A stretch of 64,000 bases of DNA, taken from the NCBI GenBank assembly GCA_047495785.1, contig JBLDXI010000063.1:366752-430751 (forward strand), given 5' to 3'. Of the stretch, positions 12,001 through 27,000 are shown piece after piece; the first letter of the stretch is position 1, and each line of letters opens with the position of its first letter. The notes under the pieces are model-generated. The model searched no databases. It worked only from the letters and a program-made list of their open reading frames with translations, and was not told the origin of the DNA. The translations under genes and the position numbers were made by a program. Source of the stretch: Lepidodermella squamata (lineage: Eukaryota; Animalia; Gastrotricha).

Positions 12001-15000
12001 GTATTCGGCATCATGCCCACTCGTGGCGAATCAACGCCATCCGTGCATCATTCGATCGTGGCAGCAATTGCAAACGAAATAGCACCCGATTGAGGCACAT
12101 CGCTGTCGACGCGGTATTCGCAGCAAGCCTGAGCGGGCTAACATGGCTGTTTTCAGCCGTCACACGTACTGCCGGTATTCGGCATCATGCCCACTCGTGG
12201 CAAATCAACGCAATCCGTACATCATTCGATCGTGGCAGCAATTGCAAACGAAATAGCACCCGATTGAGGCACATCGCTGTCGACGCGGTATGGCGTATGG
12301 CGTAGCGGCATGGCGTAGCGAGCCTGAGCGTGCTGACATGGTTGTTTTCAGCCGTTTAAAGTACTGCCGGTATTCGGCATCATGCCCACTCGTGGCGAAT
12401 CAACGCCATCCGTGCATCATTCGATCGTGGCAGCAATTGCAAACGAAATAGCACCCGATTGAGGCACATCGCTGTTGACGCGGTATTCGCAGCAAGCCTG
12501 AGCGGGCTAACATGGCTGTTTTCAGCCGTCGCACGTACTGCCGGTATTCGGCATCATGCACACTCGTGGCGAATCAACGCCATCCGTGCATCATTCGATC
12601 GTGGCAGCAATTGCAAACGAAATAGCACCCGATTGAGGCACATCGCTGTTGACGCGGTATTCGCAGCAAGCCTGAGCGGGCTGACATGGCTGTTTTCAGC
12701 CGTCGCACGTACTGCCGGTATTCGGCATCATCCCACTCATGGCGAATCTACGCCATCCGTGCATCATTCGATCGTGGCAGCAATTGCAAACGCAATGGCA
12801 GCCGATTGAGGCACATCGCTGTCGACGCGGTATTCGTAGCGAGCCTGAGCGGGCTAACATGGCTGTTTTCAGCCGTTTCACGTACTGCCGGTATTCGGCA
12901 TCATCCCACTCGTGGCGAATCAACGCCATCCGTGCATCATTCGATCGTGGCAGCAATTGCAAACGCAATAGCACCCGATTGAGGCACATCGCTGTTGACG
13001 CGGTATTCGTAGCGAGCCTGAGCGGGCTAACATGGCTGTTTTCAGCCGTCACACGTACTGCCGGTATTCGGCATCATGCCCACTCGTGGCGAATCAACGC
13101 CATCCGTGCATCATTCGATCGTGGCAGCAATTGCAAACGCAATGGCAGCCGATTGAGGCACATCGCTGTTGACGCGGTATTCGCAGCAAGCCTGAGCGGG
13201 CTAACATGGCTGTTTTCAGCCGTCACACGTACTGCCGGTATTCGGCATCATGCCCACTCGTGGCAAATCAACGCAATCCGTACATCATTCGATCGTGGCA
13301 GCAATTGCAAACGAAATAGCACCCGATTGAGGCACATCGCTGTCGACGCGGTATTCGCAGCAAGCCTGAGCGGGCTAACATGGCTGTTTTCAGCCGTCAC
13401 ACGTACTGCCGGTATTCGGCATCATGCCCACTCGTGGCAAATCAACGCAATCCGTACATCATTCGATCGTGCAGCAATTGCAAACGAAATAGCACCCGAT
13501 TGAGGCACATCGCTGTCGACACGGTATGGCGTATGGCGTAGCGGCATGGCGTAGCGAGCCTGAGCGGGCTAACATGGCTGTTTTCAGCCGTCACACGTAC
13601 TGCCAGTATTCGGCATCATGCCCACTCGTGGCGAATCAACGCCATCCGTGCATCATTCGATCGTGGCAGCAATTGCAAACGAAATAGCACCCGATTGAGG
13701 CACATCGCTGTCGACGCGGTATTCGCAGCGAGCCTGAGCGGGCTGACATGGCTGTTTTCAGCCGTCGCACGTACTGCCGGTATTCGGCATCATGCACACT
13801 CGTGGCTAATCAACGCCATCCGTGCATCATTCGATCGTGGCAGCAATTGCAAACGAAATAGCACCCGATTGAGGCACATCGCTGTTGACGCGGTATTCGT
13901 AGCGAGCCTGAGCGGGCTAACATGGCTGTTTTCAGCCGTCGCACGTACTGCCGGTATTCGGCATCATGCACACTCGTGGCTAATCAACGCCATCCGTGCA
14001 TCATTCGATCGTGGCAGCAATTGCAAACGAAATAGCACCCGATTGAGGCACATCGCTGTCGACGCGGTATTCGCAGCAAGCCTGAGCGGGCTAACATGGC
14101 TGTTTTCAGCCGTCACACGTACTGCCGGTATTCGGCATCATCCCACTCATGGCGAATCTACGCCATCCGTGCATCATTCGATCGTGGCAGCAATTGCAAA
14201 CGCAATGGCAGCCGATTGAGGCACATCGCTGTTGACGCGGTATTCGCAGCAAGCCTGAGCGGGCTAACATGGCTGTTTTCAGCCGTCGCACGTACTGCCG
14301 GTATTCGGCATCATGCACACTCGTGGCGAATCAACACCATCCGTGCATCATTCGATCGTGGCAGCAATTGCAAACGAAATAGCACCCGATTGAGGCACAT
14401 CGCTGTTGACGCGGTATTCGCAGCAAGCCTGAGCGGGCTAACATGGCTGTTTTCAGCCGTTTCACGTACTGCCGGTATTCGGCATCATGCCCACTCGTGG
14501 CAAATCAACGCAATCCGTACATCATTCGATCGTGGCAGCAATTGCAAACGAAATAGCACCCGATTGAGGCACATCGCTGTTGACGCGGTATTCCCAGCGA
14601 GCCTGAGCGGGCTAACATGGCTGTTTTCAGCCGTCACACGTACTGCCAGTATTCGGCATCATGCCCACTCGTGGCGAATCAACGCTATCCGTGCATCATT
14701 CGATCGTGGCAGCAATTGCAAACGAAATAGCACCCGATTGAGGCACATCGCTGTTGACGCGGTATTCGCAGCAAGCCTGAGCGGGCTAACATGGCTGTTT
14801 TCAGCCGTTTCACGTACTGCCGGTATTCGGCATCATGCCCACTCGTGGCAAATCAACGCAATCCGTACATCATTCGATCGTGGCAGCAATTGCAAACGAA
14901 ATAGCACCCGATTGAGGCACATCGCTGTCGACGCGGTATGGCGTATGGCGTAGCGGCATGGCGTAGCGAGCCTGAGCGGGCTAACATGGCTGTTTTCAGC
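1..15000 (+). repeat. Satellite domain A, marked by ~195-bp monomers with a +21-bp insertion
   Basis: ATGGCGTATGGCGTAGCGGCATGGCGTAGCG occurs at 581, 1123, 1491, 3246, 4656, 5720, 6263, 7153, 8215, 9623, 11206, 11748, 12290, 13526 and 14938. TTTTTTACCG and GATGGAGGTAC variants also occur here. Boundaries are approximate. Confidence 0.85.
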
Positions 15001-18000
15001 CGTCACACGTACTGCCAGTATTCGGCATCATGCCCACTCGTGGCGAATCAACGCCATCCGTGCATCATTCGATCGTGGCAGCAATTGCAAACGAAATAGC
15101 ACCCGATTGAGGCACATCGCTGTTGACGCGGTATTCGCAGCAAGCCTGAGCGGGCTAACATGGCTGTTTTCAGCCGTTTCACGTACTGCCGGTATTCGGC
15201 ATCATGCCCACTCGTGGCAAATCAACGCAATCCGTACATCATTCGATCGTGGCAGCAATTGCAAACGAAATAGCACCCGATTGAGGCACATCGCTGTTGA
15301 CGCGGTATTCCCAGCGAGCCTGAGCGGGCTAACATGGCTGTTTTCAGCCGTCACACGTACTGCCAGTATTCGGCATCATGCCCACTCGTGGCGAATCAAC
15401 GCCATCCGTGCATCATTCGATCGTGGCAGCAATTGCAAACGAAATAGCACCCGATTGAGGCACATCGCTGTTGACGCGGTATTCGCAGCAAGCCTGAGCG
15501 GGCTAACATGGCTGTTTTCAGCCGTTTCACGTAATGCCGGTATTCGGCATCATGCACACTCGTGGCGAATCAACGCCATCCGTGCATCATTCGATCGTGG
15601 CAGCAATTGCAAACGAAATAGCACCCGATTGAGGCACATCGCTGTTGACGCGGTATTCCCAGCGAGCCTGAGCGGGCTAACATGGCTGTTTTCAGCCGTC
15701 ACACGTACTGCCAGTATTCGGCATCATGCCCACTCGTGGCGAATCAACGCTATCCGTGCATCATTCGATCGTGGCAGCAATTGCAAACGAAATAGCACCC
15801 GATTGAGGCACATCACTGTTGACGCGGTATTCGCAGCAAGCCTGAGCGGGCTAACATGGCTGTTTTCAGCCGTTTAAAGTACTGCCGGTATTCGGCATCA
15901 TGCCCACTCGTGGCGAATCAACGCCATCCGTGCATCATTCGATCGTGGCAGCAATTGCAAACGCAATAGCACCCGATTGAGGCACATCGCTGTTGACGCG
16001 GTATTCGTAGCGAGCCTGAGCGGGCTAACATGGCTGTTTTCAGCCGTCACACGTACTGCCAGTATTCGGCATCATGCCCACTCGTGGCGAATCAACGCCA
16101 TCCGTGCATCATTCGATCGTGGCAGCAATTGCAAACGAAATAGCACCCGATTGAGGCACATCGCTGTCGACGCGGTATTCGCAGCGAGCCTGAGCGGGCT
16201 GACATGGTTGTTTTCAGCCGTTTAAAGTACTGCCGGTATTCGGCATCATGCCCACTCGTGGCGAATCAACGCCATCCGTGCATCATTCGATCGTGGCAGC
16301 AATTGCAAACGCAATAGCACCCGATTGAGGCACATCGCTGTTGACGCGGTATTCGTAGCGAGCCTGAGCGGGCTAACATGGCTGTTTTCAGCCGTCGCAC
16401 GTACTGCCGGTATTCGGCATCATGCACACTCGTGGCTAATCAACGCCATCCGTGCATCATTCGATCGTGGCAGCAATTGCAAACGAAATAGCACCCGATT
16501 GAGGCACCATCGCTGTTGACGCGGTATTCGCAGCAAGCCTGAGCGGGCTGACATGGTTGTTTTCAGCCGTTTCACGTACTGCCGGTATTCGGCATCATGC
16601 CCACTCGTGGCAAATCAACGCCATCCGTGCATCATTCGATCGTGGCAGCAATTGCAAACGCAATAGCACCCGATTGAGGCACATCGCTGTTGACGCGGTA
16701 TTCGTAGCGAGCCTGAGCGGGCTAACATGGCTGTTTTCAGCCGTCACACGTACTGCCGGTATTCGGCATCATGCCCACTCGTGGCGAATCAACGCCATCC
16801 GTGCATCATTCGATCGTGGCAGCAATTGCAAACGCAATGGCAGCCGATTGAGGCACATCGCTGTTGACGCGGTATTCGCAGCAAGCCTGAGCGGGCTAAC
16901 ATGGCTGTTTTCAGCCGTCACACGTACTGCCGGTATTCGGCATCATGCTCACTCGTGGCAAATCAACGCAATCCGTACATCATTCGATCGTGGCAGCAAT
17001 TGCAAACGAAATAGCACCCGATTGAGGCACATCGCTGTTGACGCGGTATTCCCAGCGAGCCTGAGCGGGCTAACATGGCTGTTTTCAGCCGTCACACGTA
17101 CTGCCAGTATTCGGCATCATGCCCACTCGTGGCGAATCAACGCCATCCGTGCATCATTCGATCGTGGCAGCAATTGCAAACGAAATAGCACCCGATTGAG
17201 GCACATCGCTGTCGACGCGGTATTCGCAGCGAGCCTGAGCGGGCTGACATGGTTGTTTTCAGCCGTTTAAAGTACTGCCGGTATTCGGCATCATGCCCAC
17301 TCGTGGCGAATCAACGCCATCCGTGCATCATTCGATCGTGGCAGCAATTGCAAACGCAATAGCACCCGATTGAGGCACATCGCTGTTGACGCGGTATTCG
17401 TAGCGAGCCTGAGCGGGCTAACATGGCTGTTTTCAGCCGTCGCACGTACTGCCGGTATTCGGCATCATGCACACTCGTGGCTAATCAACGCCATCCGTGC
17501 ATCATTCGATCGTGGCAGCAATTGCAAACGAAATAGCACCCGATTGAGGCACATCGCTGTTGACGCGGTATTCGCAGCAAGCCTGAGCGGGCTGACATGG
17601 CTGTTTTCAGCCATCGCACGTACTGCCGGTATTCGGCATCATCCCACTCATGGCGAATCTACGCCATCCGTGCATCATTCGATCTTGGCAGCAATTGCAA
17701 ACGAAATAGCACCCGATTGAGGCACATCGCTGTTGACGCGGTATTCGCAGCAAGCCTGAGCGGGCTAACATGGCTGTTTTCAGCCGTCGCACGTACTGCC
17801 GGTATTCGGCATCATGCACACTCGTGGCTAATCAACGCCATCCGTGCATCATTCGATCGTGGCAGCAATTGCAAACGCAATAGCACCCGATTGAGGCACA
17901 TCGCTGTTGACGCGGTATTCCCAGCGAGCCTGAGCGGGCTAACATGGCTGTTTTCAGCCGTCGCACGTACTGCCGGTATTCGGCATCATGCACACTCGTG

Positions 18001-21000
18001 GCTAATCAACGCCATCCGTGCATCATTCGATCGTGGCAGCAATTGCAAACGAAATAGCACCCGATTGAGGCACATCGCTGTTGACGCGGTATTCCCAGCG
18101 AGCCTGAGCGGGCTAACATGGCTGTTTTCAGCCGTCGCACGTACTGCCGGTATTCGGCATCATGCACACTCGTGGCTAATCAACGCCATCCGTGCATCAT
18201 TCGATCGCGGCAGCAATTGCAAACGAAATAGCACCCGATTGAGGCACATCGCTGTTGACGCGGTATTCGCAGCAAGCCTGAGCGGGCTAACATGGCTGTT
18301 TTCAGCCGTTTCACGTACTGCCGGTATTCGGCATCATGCCCACTCGTGGCAAATCAACGCAATTCGTACATCATTCGATCGTGGCAGCAATTGCAAACGA
18401 AATAGCACCCGATTGAGGCACATCGCTGTTGACGCGGTATTCCCAGCGAGCCTGAGCGGGCTGACATGGTTGTTTTCAGCCGTTTAAAGTACTGCCGGTA
18501 TTCGGCATCATGCACACTCGTGGCTAATCAACGCCATCCGTGCATCATTCGATCGTGGCAGCAATTGCAAACGAAATAGCACCCGATTGAGGCACATCGC
18601 TGTTGACGCGGTATTCGCAGCAAGCCTGAGCGGGCTGACATGGCTGTTTTCAGCCATCGCACGTACTGCCGGTATTCGGCATCATCCCACTCATGGCGAA
18701 TCTACGCCATCCGTGCATCATTCGATCTTGGCAGCAATTGCAAACGAAATAGCACCCGATTGAGGCACATCGCTGTTGACGCGGTATTCGCAGCAAGCCT
18801 GAGCGGGCTAACATGGCTGTTTTCAGCCGTCGCACGTACTGCCGGTATTCGGCATCATGCCCACTCGTGGCAAATCAACGCAATCCGTACATCATTCGAT
18901 CGTGGCAGCAATTGCAAACGAAATAGCACCCGATTGAGGCACATCGCTGTTGACGCGGTATTCCCAGCGAGCCTGAGCGGGCTAACATGGCTGTTTTCAG
19001 CCGTCACACGTACTGCCAGTATTCGGCATCATGCCCACTCGTGGCGAATCAACGCCATCCGTGCATCATTCGATCGTGGCAGCAATTGCAAACGAAATAG
19101 CACCCGATTGAGGCACATCGCTGTCGACGCGGTATTCGCAGCGAGCCTGAGCGGGCTGACATGGTTGTTTTCAGCCGTTTAAAGTACTGCCGGTATTCGG
19201 CATCATGCCCACTCGTGGCGAATCAACGCCATCCGTGCATCATTCGATCGTGGCAGCAATTGCAAACGAAATAGCACCCGATTGAGGCACATCGCTGTTG
19301 ACGCGGTATTCCCAGCGAGCCTGAGCGGGCTAACATGGCTGTTTTCAGCCGTCGCACGTACTGCCGGTATTCGGCATCATGCACACTCGTGGCTAATCAA
19401 CGCCATCCGTGCATCATTCGATCGTGGCAGCAATTGCAAACGAAATAGCACCCGATTGAGGCACATCGCTGTTGACGCGGTATTCGCAGCAAGCCTGAGC
19501 GGGCTAACATGGCTGTTTTCAGCCGTTTCACGTACTGCCGGTATTCGGCATCATGCCCACTCGTGGCAAATCAACGCAATTCGTACATCATTCGATCGTG
19601 GCAGCAATTGCAAACGAAATAGCACCCGATTGAGGCACATCGCTGTTGACGCGGTATTCCCAGCGAGCCTGAGCGGGCTAACATGGCTGTTTTCAGCCGT
19701 CACACGTACTGCCAGTATTCGGCATCATGCCCACTCGTGGCGAATCAACGCCATCCGTGCATCATTCGATCGTGGCAGCAATTGCAAACGAAATAGCACC
19801 CGATTGAGGCACATCGCTGTCGACGCGGTATTCGCAGCGAGCCTGAGCGGGCTGACATGGCTGTTTTCAGCCGTTTCACGTACTGCCGGTATTCGGCATC
19901 ATGCCCACTCGTGGCGAATCAACGCCATCCGTGCATCATTCGATCTTGGCAGCAATTGCAAACGAAATAGCACCCGATTGAGGCACATCGCTGTCGACGC
20001 GGTATTCGCAGCGAGCCTGAGCGGGCTGACATGGTTGTTTTCAGCCGTTTAAAGTACTGCCGGTATTCGGCATCATGCCCACTCGTGGCGAATCAACGCC
20101 ATCCGTGAATCATTCGATCGTGGCAGCAATTGCAAACGCAATAGCACTCGATTGAGGCACATCGCTGTTGACGCGTTATTCGTAGCGAGCCTGAGCGGGC
20201 TAACATGGCTGTTTTCAGCCGTCGCACGTACTGCCGGTATTCGGCATCATGCCCACTCGTGGCGAATCAACGCCATCCGTGAATCATTCGATCGTGGCAG
20301 CAATTGCAAACGAAATAGCACCCGATTGAGGCACATCGCTGTTGACGCGGTATTCGTAGCGAGCCTGAGCGGGCTGACATGGCTGTTTTCAGCCATCGCA
20401 CGTACTGCCGGTATTCGGCATCATGCCCACTCGTGGCAAATCAACGCAATCCGTACATCATTCGATCGTGGCAGCAATTGCAAACGAAATAGCACCCGAT
20501 TGAGGCACATCGCTGTTGACGCGGTATTCCCAGCGAGCCTGAGCGGGCTAACATGGTTGTTTTCAGCCGTTTAAAGTACTGCCGGTATTCGGCATCATGC
20601 CCACTCGTGGCGAATCAACGCCATCCGTGCATCATTCGATCGTGGCAGCAATTGCAAACGCAATAGCACCCGATTGAGGCACATCGCTGTTGACGCGGTA
20701 TTCGTAGCGAGCCCGAGCGGGCTAACATGGCTGTTTTCAGCCGTCGCACGTACTGCCGGTATTCGGCATCATGCACACTCGTGGCGAATCAACGCCATCC
20801 GTGCATCATTCGATCGTGGCAGCAATTGCAAACGAAATAGCACCCGATTGAGGCACATCGCTGTTGACGCGGTATTCGCAGCAAGCCTGAGCGGGCTAAC
20901 ATGGCTGTTTTCAGCCGTTTCACGTACTGCCGGTATTCGGCATCATGCCCACTCGTGGCGAATCAACGCCATCCGTGAATCATTCGATCGTGGCAGCAAT

Positions 21001-24000
21001 TGCAAACGCAATAGCACTCGATTGAGGCACATCGCTGTTGACGCGGTATTCGTAGCGAGCCTGAGCGGGCTGACATGGCTGTTTTCAGCCATCGCACGTA
21101 CTGCCGGTATTCGGCATCATGCCCACTCGTGGCAAATCAACGCAATCCGTACATCATTCGATCGTGGCAGCAATTGCAAACGAAATAGCACCCGATTGAG
21201 GCACATCGCTGTTGACGCGGTATTCCCAGCGAGCCTGAGCGGGCTAACATGGTTGTTTTCAGCCGTTTAAAGTACTGCCGGTATTCGGCATCATGCCCAC
21301 TCGTGGCGAATCAACGCCATCCGTGCATCATTCGATCTTGGCAGCAATTGCAAACGAAATAGCACCCGATTGAGGCACATCGCTGTCGACGCGGTATTCG
21401 CAGCGAGCCTGAGCGGGCTGACATGGTTGTTTTCAGCCGTTTAAAGTACTGCCGGTATTCGGCATCATGCCCACTCGTGGCGAATCAACGCCATCCGTGA
21501 ATCATTCGATCGTGGCAGCAATTGCAAACGCAATAGCACTCGATTGAGGCACATCGCTGTTGACGCGTTATTCGTAGCGAGCCTGAGCGGGCTAACATGG
21601 CTGTTTTCAGCCGTCGCACGTACTGCCGGTATTCGGCATCATGCCCACTCGTGGCGAATCAACGCCATCCGTGCATCATTCGATCGTGGCAGCAATTGCA
21701 AACGAAATAGCACCCGATTGAGGCACATCGCTGTTGACGCGGTATTCGTAGCGAGCCTGAGCGGGCTGACATGGCTGTTTTCAGCCATCGCACGTACTGC
21801 CGGTATTCGGCATCATGCCCACTCGTGGCAAATCAACGCAATCCGTACATCATTCGATCGTGGCAGCAATTGCAAACGAAATAGCACCCGATTGAGGCAC
21901 ATCGCTGTTGACGCGGTATTCCCAGCGAGCCTGAGCGGGCTAACATGGTTGTTTTCAGCCGTTTAAAGTACTGCCGGTATTCGGCATCATGCCCACTCGT
22001 GGCGAATCAACGCCATCCGTGCATCATTCGATCGTGGCAGCAATTGCAAACGCAATAGCACCCGATTGAGGCACATCGCTGTTGACGCGGTATTCGTAGC
22101 GAGCCCGAGCGGGCTAACATGGCTGTTTTCAGCCGTCGCACGTACTGCCGGTATTCGGCATCATGCACACTCGTGGCGAATCAACGCCATCCGTGCATCA
22201 TTCGATCGTGGCAGCAATTGCAAACGAAATAGCACCCGATTGAGGCACATCGCTGTTGACACGGTATTCGCAGCAAGCCTGAGCGGGCTGACATGGCTGT
22301 TTTCAGCCATCGCACGTACTGACGGTATTCGGCATCATGCACACTCGTGGCGAATCAACGCCATCCGTGCATCATTCGATCGTGGCAGCAATTGCAAACG
22401 AAATAGCACCCGATTGAGGCACATCGCTGTTGACGCGGTATTCGTAGCGAGCCTGAGCGGGCTAACATGGCTGTTTTCAGCCGTCGCACGTACTGCCGGT
22501 ATTCGGCATCATGCACACTCGTGGCGAATCAACGCCATCCGTGCATCATTCGATCGTGGCAGCAATTGCAAACGAAATAGCACCCGATTGAGGCACATCG
22601 CTGTCGACGCGGTATTCGCAGCGAGCCTGAGCGGGCTGACATGGTTGTTTTCAGCCGTTTAAAGTACTGCCGGTATTCGGCATCATGCCCACTCGTGGCG
22701 AATCAACGCCATCCGTGCATCATTCGATCGTGGCAGCAATTGCAAACGCAATAGCACCCGATTGAGGCACATCGCTGTTGACGCGGTATTCGTAGCGAGC
22801 CTGAGCGGGCTAACATGGCTGTTTTCAGCCGTCGCACGTACTGCCGGTATTCGGCATCATGCACACTCGTGGCGAATCAACGCCATCCGTGCATCATTCG
22901 ATCGTGGCAGCAATTGCAAACGAAATAGCACCCGATTGAGGCACATCGCTGTTGACGCGGTATTCGCAGCAAGCCTGAGCGGGCTGACATGGCTGTTTTC
23001 AGCCATCGCACGTACTGCCGGTATTCGGCATCATCCCACTCATGGCGAATCTACGCCATCCGTGCATCATTCGATCTTGGCAGCAATTGCAAACGAAATA
23101 GCACCCGATTGAGGCACATCGCTGTCGACGCGGTATTCGCAGCGAGCCTGAGCGGGCTGACATGGTTGTTTTCAGCCGTTTAAAGTACTGCCGGTATTCG
23201 GCATCATGCCCACTCGTGGCGAATCAACGCCATCCGTGCATCATTCGATCTTGGCAGCAATTGCAAACGAAATAGCACCCGATTGAGGCACATCGCTGTC
23301 GACGCGGTATTCGCAGCAAGCCTGAGCGGGCTAACATGGCTGTTTTCAGCCGTTTAAAGTACTGCCGGTATTCGGCATCATGCCCACTCGTGGCGAATCA
23401 ACGCCATCCGTGCATCATTCGATCGTGGCAGCAATTGCAAACGCAATAGCACCCGATTGAGGCACATCGCTGTTGACGCGGTATTCGTAGCGAGCCCGAG
23501 CGGGCTAACATGGCTGTTTTCAGCCGTCGCACGTACTGCCGGTATTCGGCATCATGCACACTCGTGGCGAATCAACGCCATCCGTGCATCATTCGATCGT
23601 GGCAGCAATTGCAAACGAAATAGCACCCGATTGAGGCACATCGCTGTTGACACGGTATTCGCAGCAAGCCTGAGCGGGCTGACATGGCTGTTTTCAGCCA
23701 TCGCACGTACTGACGGTATTCGGCATCATGCACACTCGTGGCGAATCAACGCCATCCGTGCATCATTCGATCGTGGCAGCAATTGCAAACGAAATAGCAC
23801 CCGATTGAGGCACATCGCTGTCGACGCGGTATTCGCAGCGAGCCTGAGCGGGCTGACATGGTTGTTTTCAGCCGTTTAAAGTACTGCCGGTATTCGGCAT
23901 CATGCCCACTCGTGGCGAATCAACGCCATCCGTGAATCATTCGATCGTGGCAGCAATTGCAAACGCAATAGCACTCGATTGAGGCACATCGCTGTTGACG

Positions 24001-27000
24001 CGTTATTCGTAGCGAGCCTGAGCGGGCTAACATGGCTGTTTTCAGCCGTCGCACGTACTGCCGGTATTCGGCATCATGCACACTCGTGGCGAATCAACGC
24101 CATCCGTGCATCATTCGATCGTGGCAGCAATTGCAAACGAAATAGCACCCGATTGAGGCACATCGCTGTTGACGCGGTATTCGTAGCGAGCCTGAGCGGG
24201 CTGACATGGCTGTTTTCAGCCATCGCACGTACTGCCGGTATTCGGCATCATGCCCACTCGTGGCAAATCAACGCAATCCGTACATCATTCGATCGTGGCA
24301 GCAATTGCAAACGAAATAGCACCCGATTGAGGCACATCGCTGTTGACGCGGTATTCCCAGCGAGCCTGAGCGGGCTAACATGGTTGTTTTCAGCCGTTTA
24401 AAGTACTGCCGGTATTCGGCATCATGCCCACTCGTGGCGAATCAACGCCATCCGTGCATCATTCGATCGTGGCAGCAATTGCAAACGCAATAGCACCCGA
24501 TTGAGGCACATCGCTGTTGACGCGGTATTCGTAGCGAGCCCGAGCGGGCTAACATGGCTGTTTTCAGCCGTCGCACGTACTGCCGGTATTCGGCATCATG
24601 CACACTCGTGGCGAATCAACGCCATCCGTGCATCATTCGATCGTGGCAGCAATTGCAAACGAAATAGCACCCGATTGAGGCACATCGCTGTTGACACGGT
24701 ATTCGCAGCAAGCCTGAGCGGGCTGACATGGCTGTTTTCAGCCATCGCACGTACTGACGGTATTCGGCATCATGCACACTCGTGGCGAATCAACGCCATC
24801 CGTGCATCATTCGATCGTGGCAGCAATTGCAAACGAAATAGCACCCGATTGAGGCACATCGCTGTTGACGCGGTATTCGCAGCAAGCCTGAGCGGGCTGA
24901 CATGGCTGTTTTCAGCCATCGCACGTACTGCCGGTATTCGGCATCATCCCACTCATGGCGAATCTACGCCATCCGTGCATCATTCGATCTTGGCAGCAAT
25001 TGCAAACGAAATAGCACCCGATTGAGGCACATCGCTGTCGACGCGGTATTCGCAGCGAGCCTGAGCGGGCTGACATGGTTGTTTTCAGCCGTTTAAAGTA
25101 CTGCCGGTATTCGGCATCATGCCCACTCGTGGCGAATCAACGCCATCCGTGCATCATTCGATCTTGGCAGCAATTGCAAACGAAATAGCACCCGATTGAG
25201 GCACATCGCTGTCGACGCGGTATTCGCAGCGAGCCTGAGCGGGCTGACATGGTTGTTTTCAGCCGTTTAAAGTACTGCCGGTATTCGGCATCATGCCCAC
25301 TCGTGGCGAATCAACGCCATCCGTGCATCATTCGATCGTGGCAGCAATTGCAAACGAAATAGCACCCGATTGAGGCACATCGCTGTTGACGCGGTATTCC
25401 CAGCGAGCCTGAGCGGGCTAACATGGCTGTTTTCAGCCGTCGCACGTACTGCCGGTATTCGGCATCATGCACACTCGTGGCTAATCAACGCCATCCGTGC
25501 ATCATTCGATCGTGGCAGCAATTGCAAACGAAATAGCACCCGATTGAGGCACATCGCTGTTGACGCGGTATTCGCAGCAAGCCTGAGCGGGCTAACATGG
25601 CTGTTTTCAGCCGTTTCACGTACTGCCGGTATTCGGCATCATGCCCACTCGTGGCAAATCAACGCAATTCGTACATCATTCGATCGTGGCAGCAATTGCA
25701 AACGAAATAGCACCCGATTGAGGCACATCGCTGTTGACGCGGTATTCCCAGCGAGCCTGAGCGGGCTAACATGGCTGTTTTCAGCCGTCACACGTACTGC
25801 CAGTATTCGGCATCATGCCCACTCGTGGCGAATCAACGCCATCCGTGCATCATTCGATCGTGGCAGCAATTGCAAACGAAATAGCACCCGATTGAGGCAC
25901 ATCGCTGTCGACGCGGTATTCGCAGCGAGCCTGAGCGGGCTGACATGGTTGTTTTCAGCCGTTTAAAGTACTGCCGGTATTCGGCATCATGCCCACTCGT
26001 GGCGAATCAACGCCATCCGTGCATCATTCGATCGTGGCAGCAATTGCAAACGCAATAGCACCCGATTGAGGCACATCGCTGTTGACGCGGTATTCGCAGC
26101 AAGCCTGAGCGGGCTGACATGGCTGTTTTCAGCCATCGCACGTACTGCCGGTATTCGGCATCATCCCACTCATGGCGAATCTACGCCATCCGTGCATCAT
26201 TCGATCTTGGCAGCAATTGCAAACGAAATAGCACCCGATTGAGGCACATCGCTGTCGACGCGGTATTCGCAGCGAGCCTGAGCGGGCTGACATGGTTGTT
26301 TTCAGCCGTTTAAAGTACTGCCGGTATTCGGCATCATGCCCACTCGTGGCGAATCAACGCCATCCGTGCATCATTCGATCTTGGCAGCAATTGCAAACGA
26401 AATAGCACCCGATTGAGGCACATCGCTGTTGACGCGGTATTCGCAGCAAGCCTGAGCGGGCTAACATGGCTGTTTTCAGCCGTTTCACGTACTGCCGGTA
26501 TTCGGCATCATGCCCACTCGTGGCGAATCAACGCCATCCGTGCATCATTCGATCGTGGCAGCAATTGCAAACGCAATGGCAGCCGATTGAGGCACATCGC
26601 TGTTGACGCGGTATTCCCAGCGAGCCTGAGCGGGCTAACATGGTTGTTTTCAGCCGTTTAAAGTACTGCCGGTATTCGGCATCATGCCCACTCGTGGCGA
26701 ATCAACGCCATCCGTGCATCATTCGATCGTGGCAGCAATTGCAAACGCAATAGCACCCGATTGAGGCACATCGCTGTCGACGCGGTATTCGCAGCGAGCC
26801 TGAGCGGGCTGACATGGTTGTTTTCAGCCGTTTAAAGTACTGCCGGTATTCGGCATCATGCCCACTCGTGGCGAATCAACGCCATCCGTGCATCATTCGA
26901 TCTTGGCAGCAATTGCAAACGAAATAGCACCCGATTGAGGCACATCGCTGTCGACGCGGTATTCGCAGCGAGCCTGAGCGGGCTGACATGGTTGTTTTCA

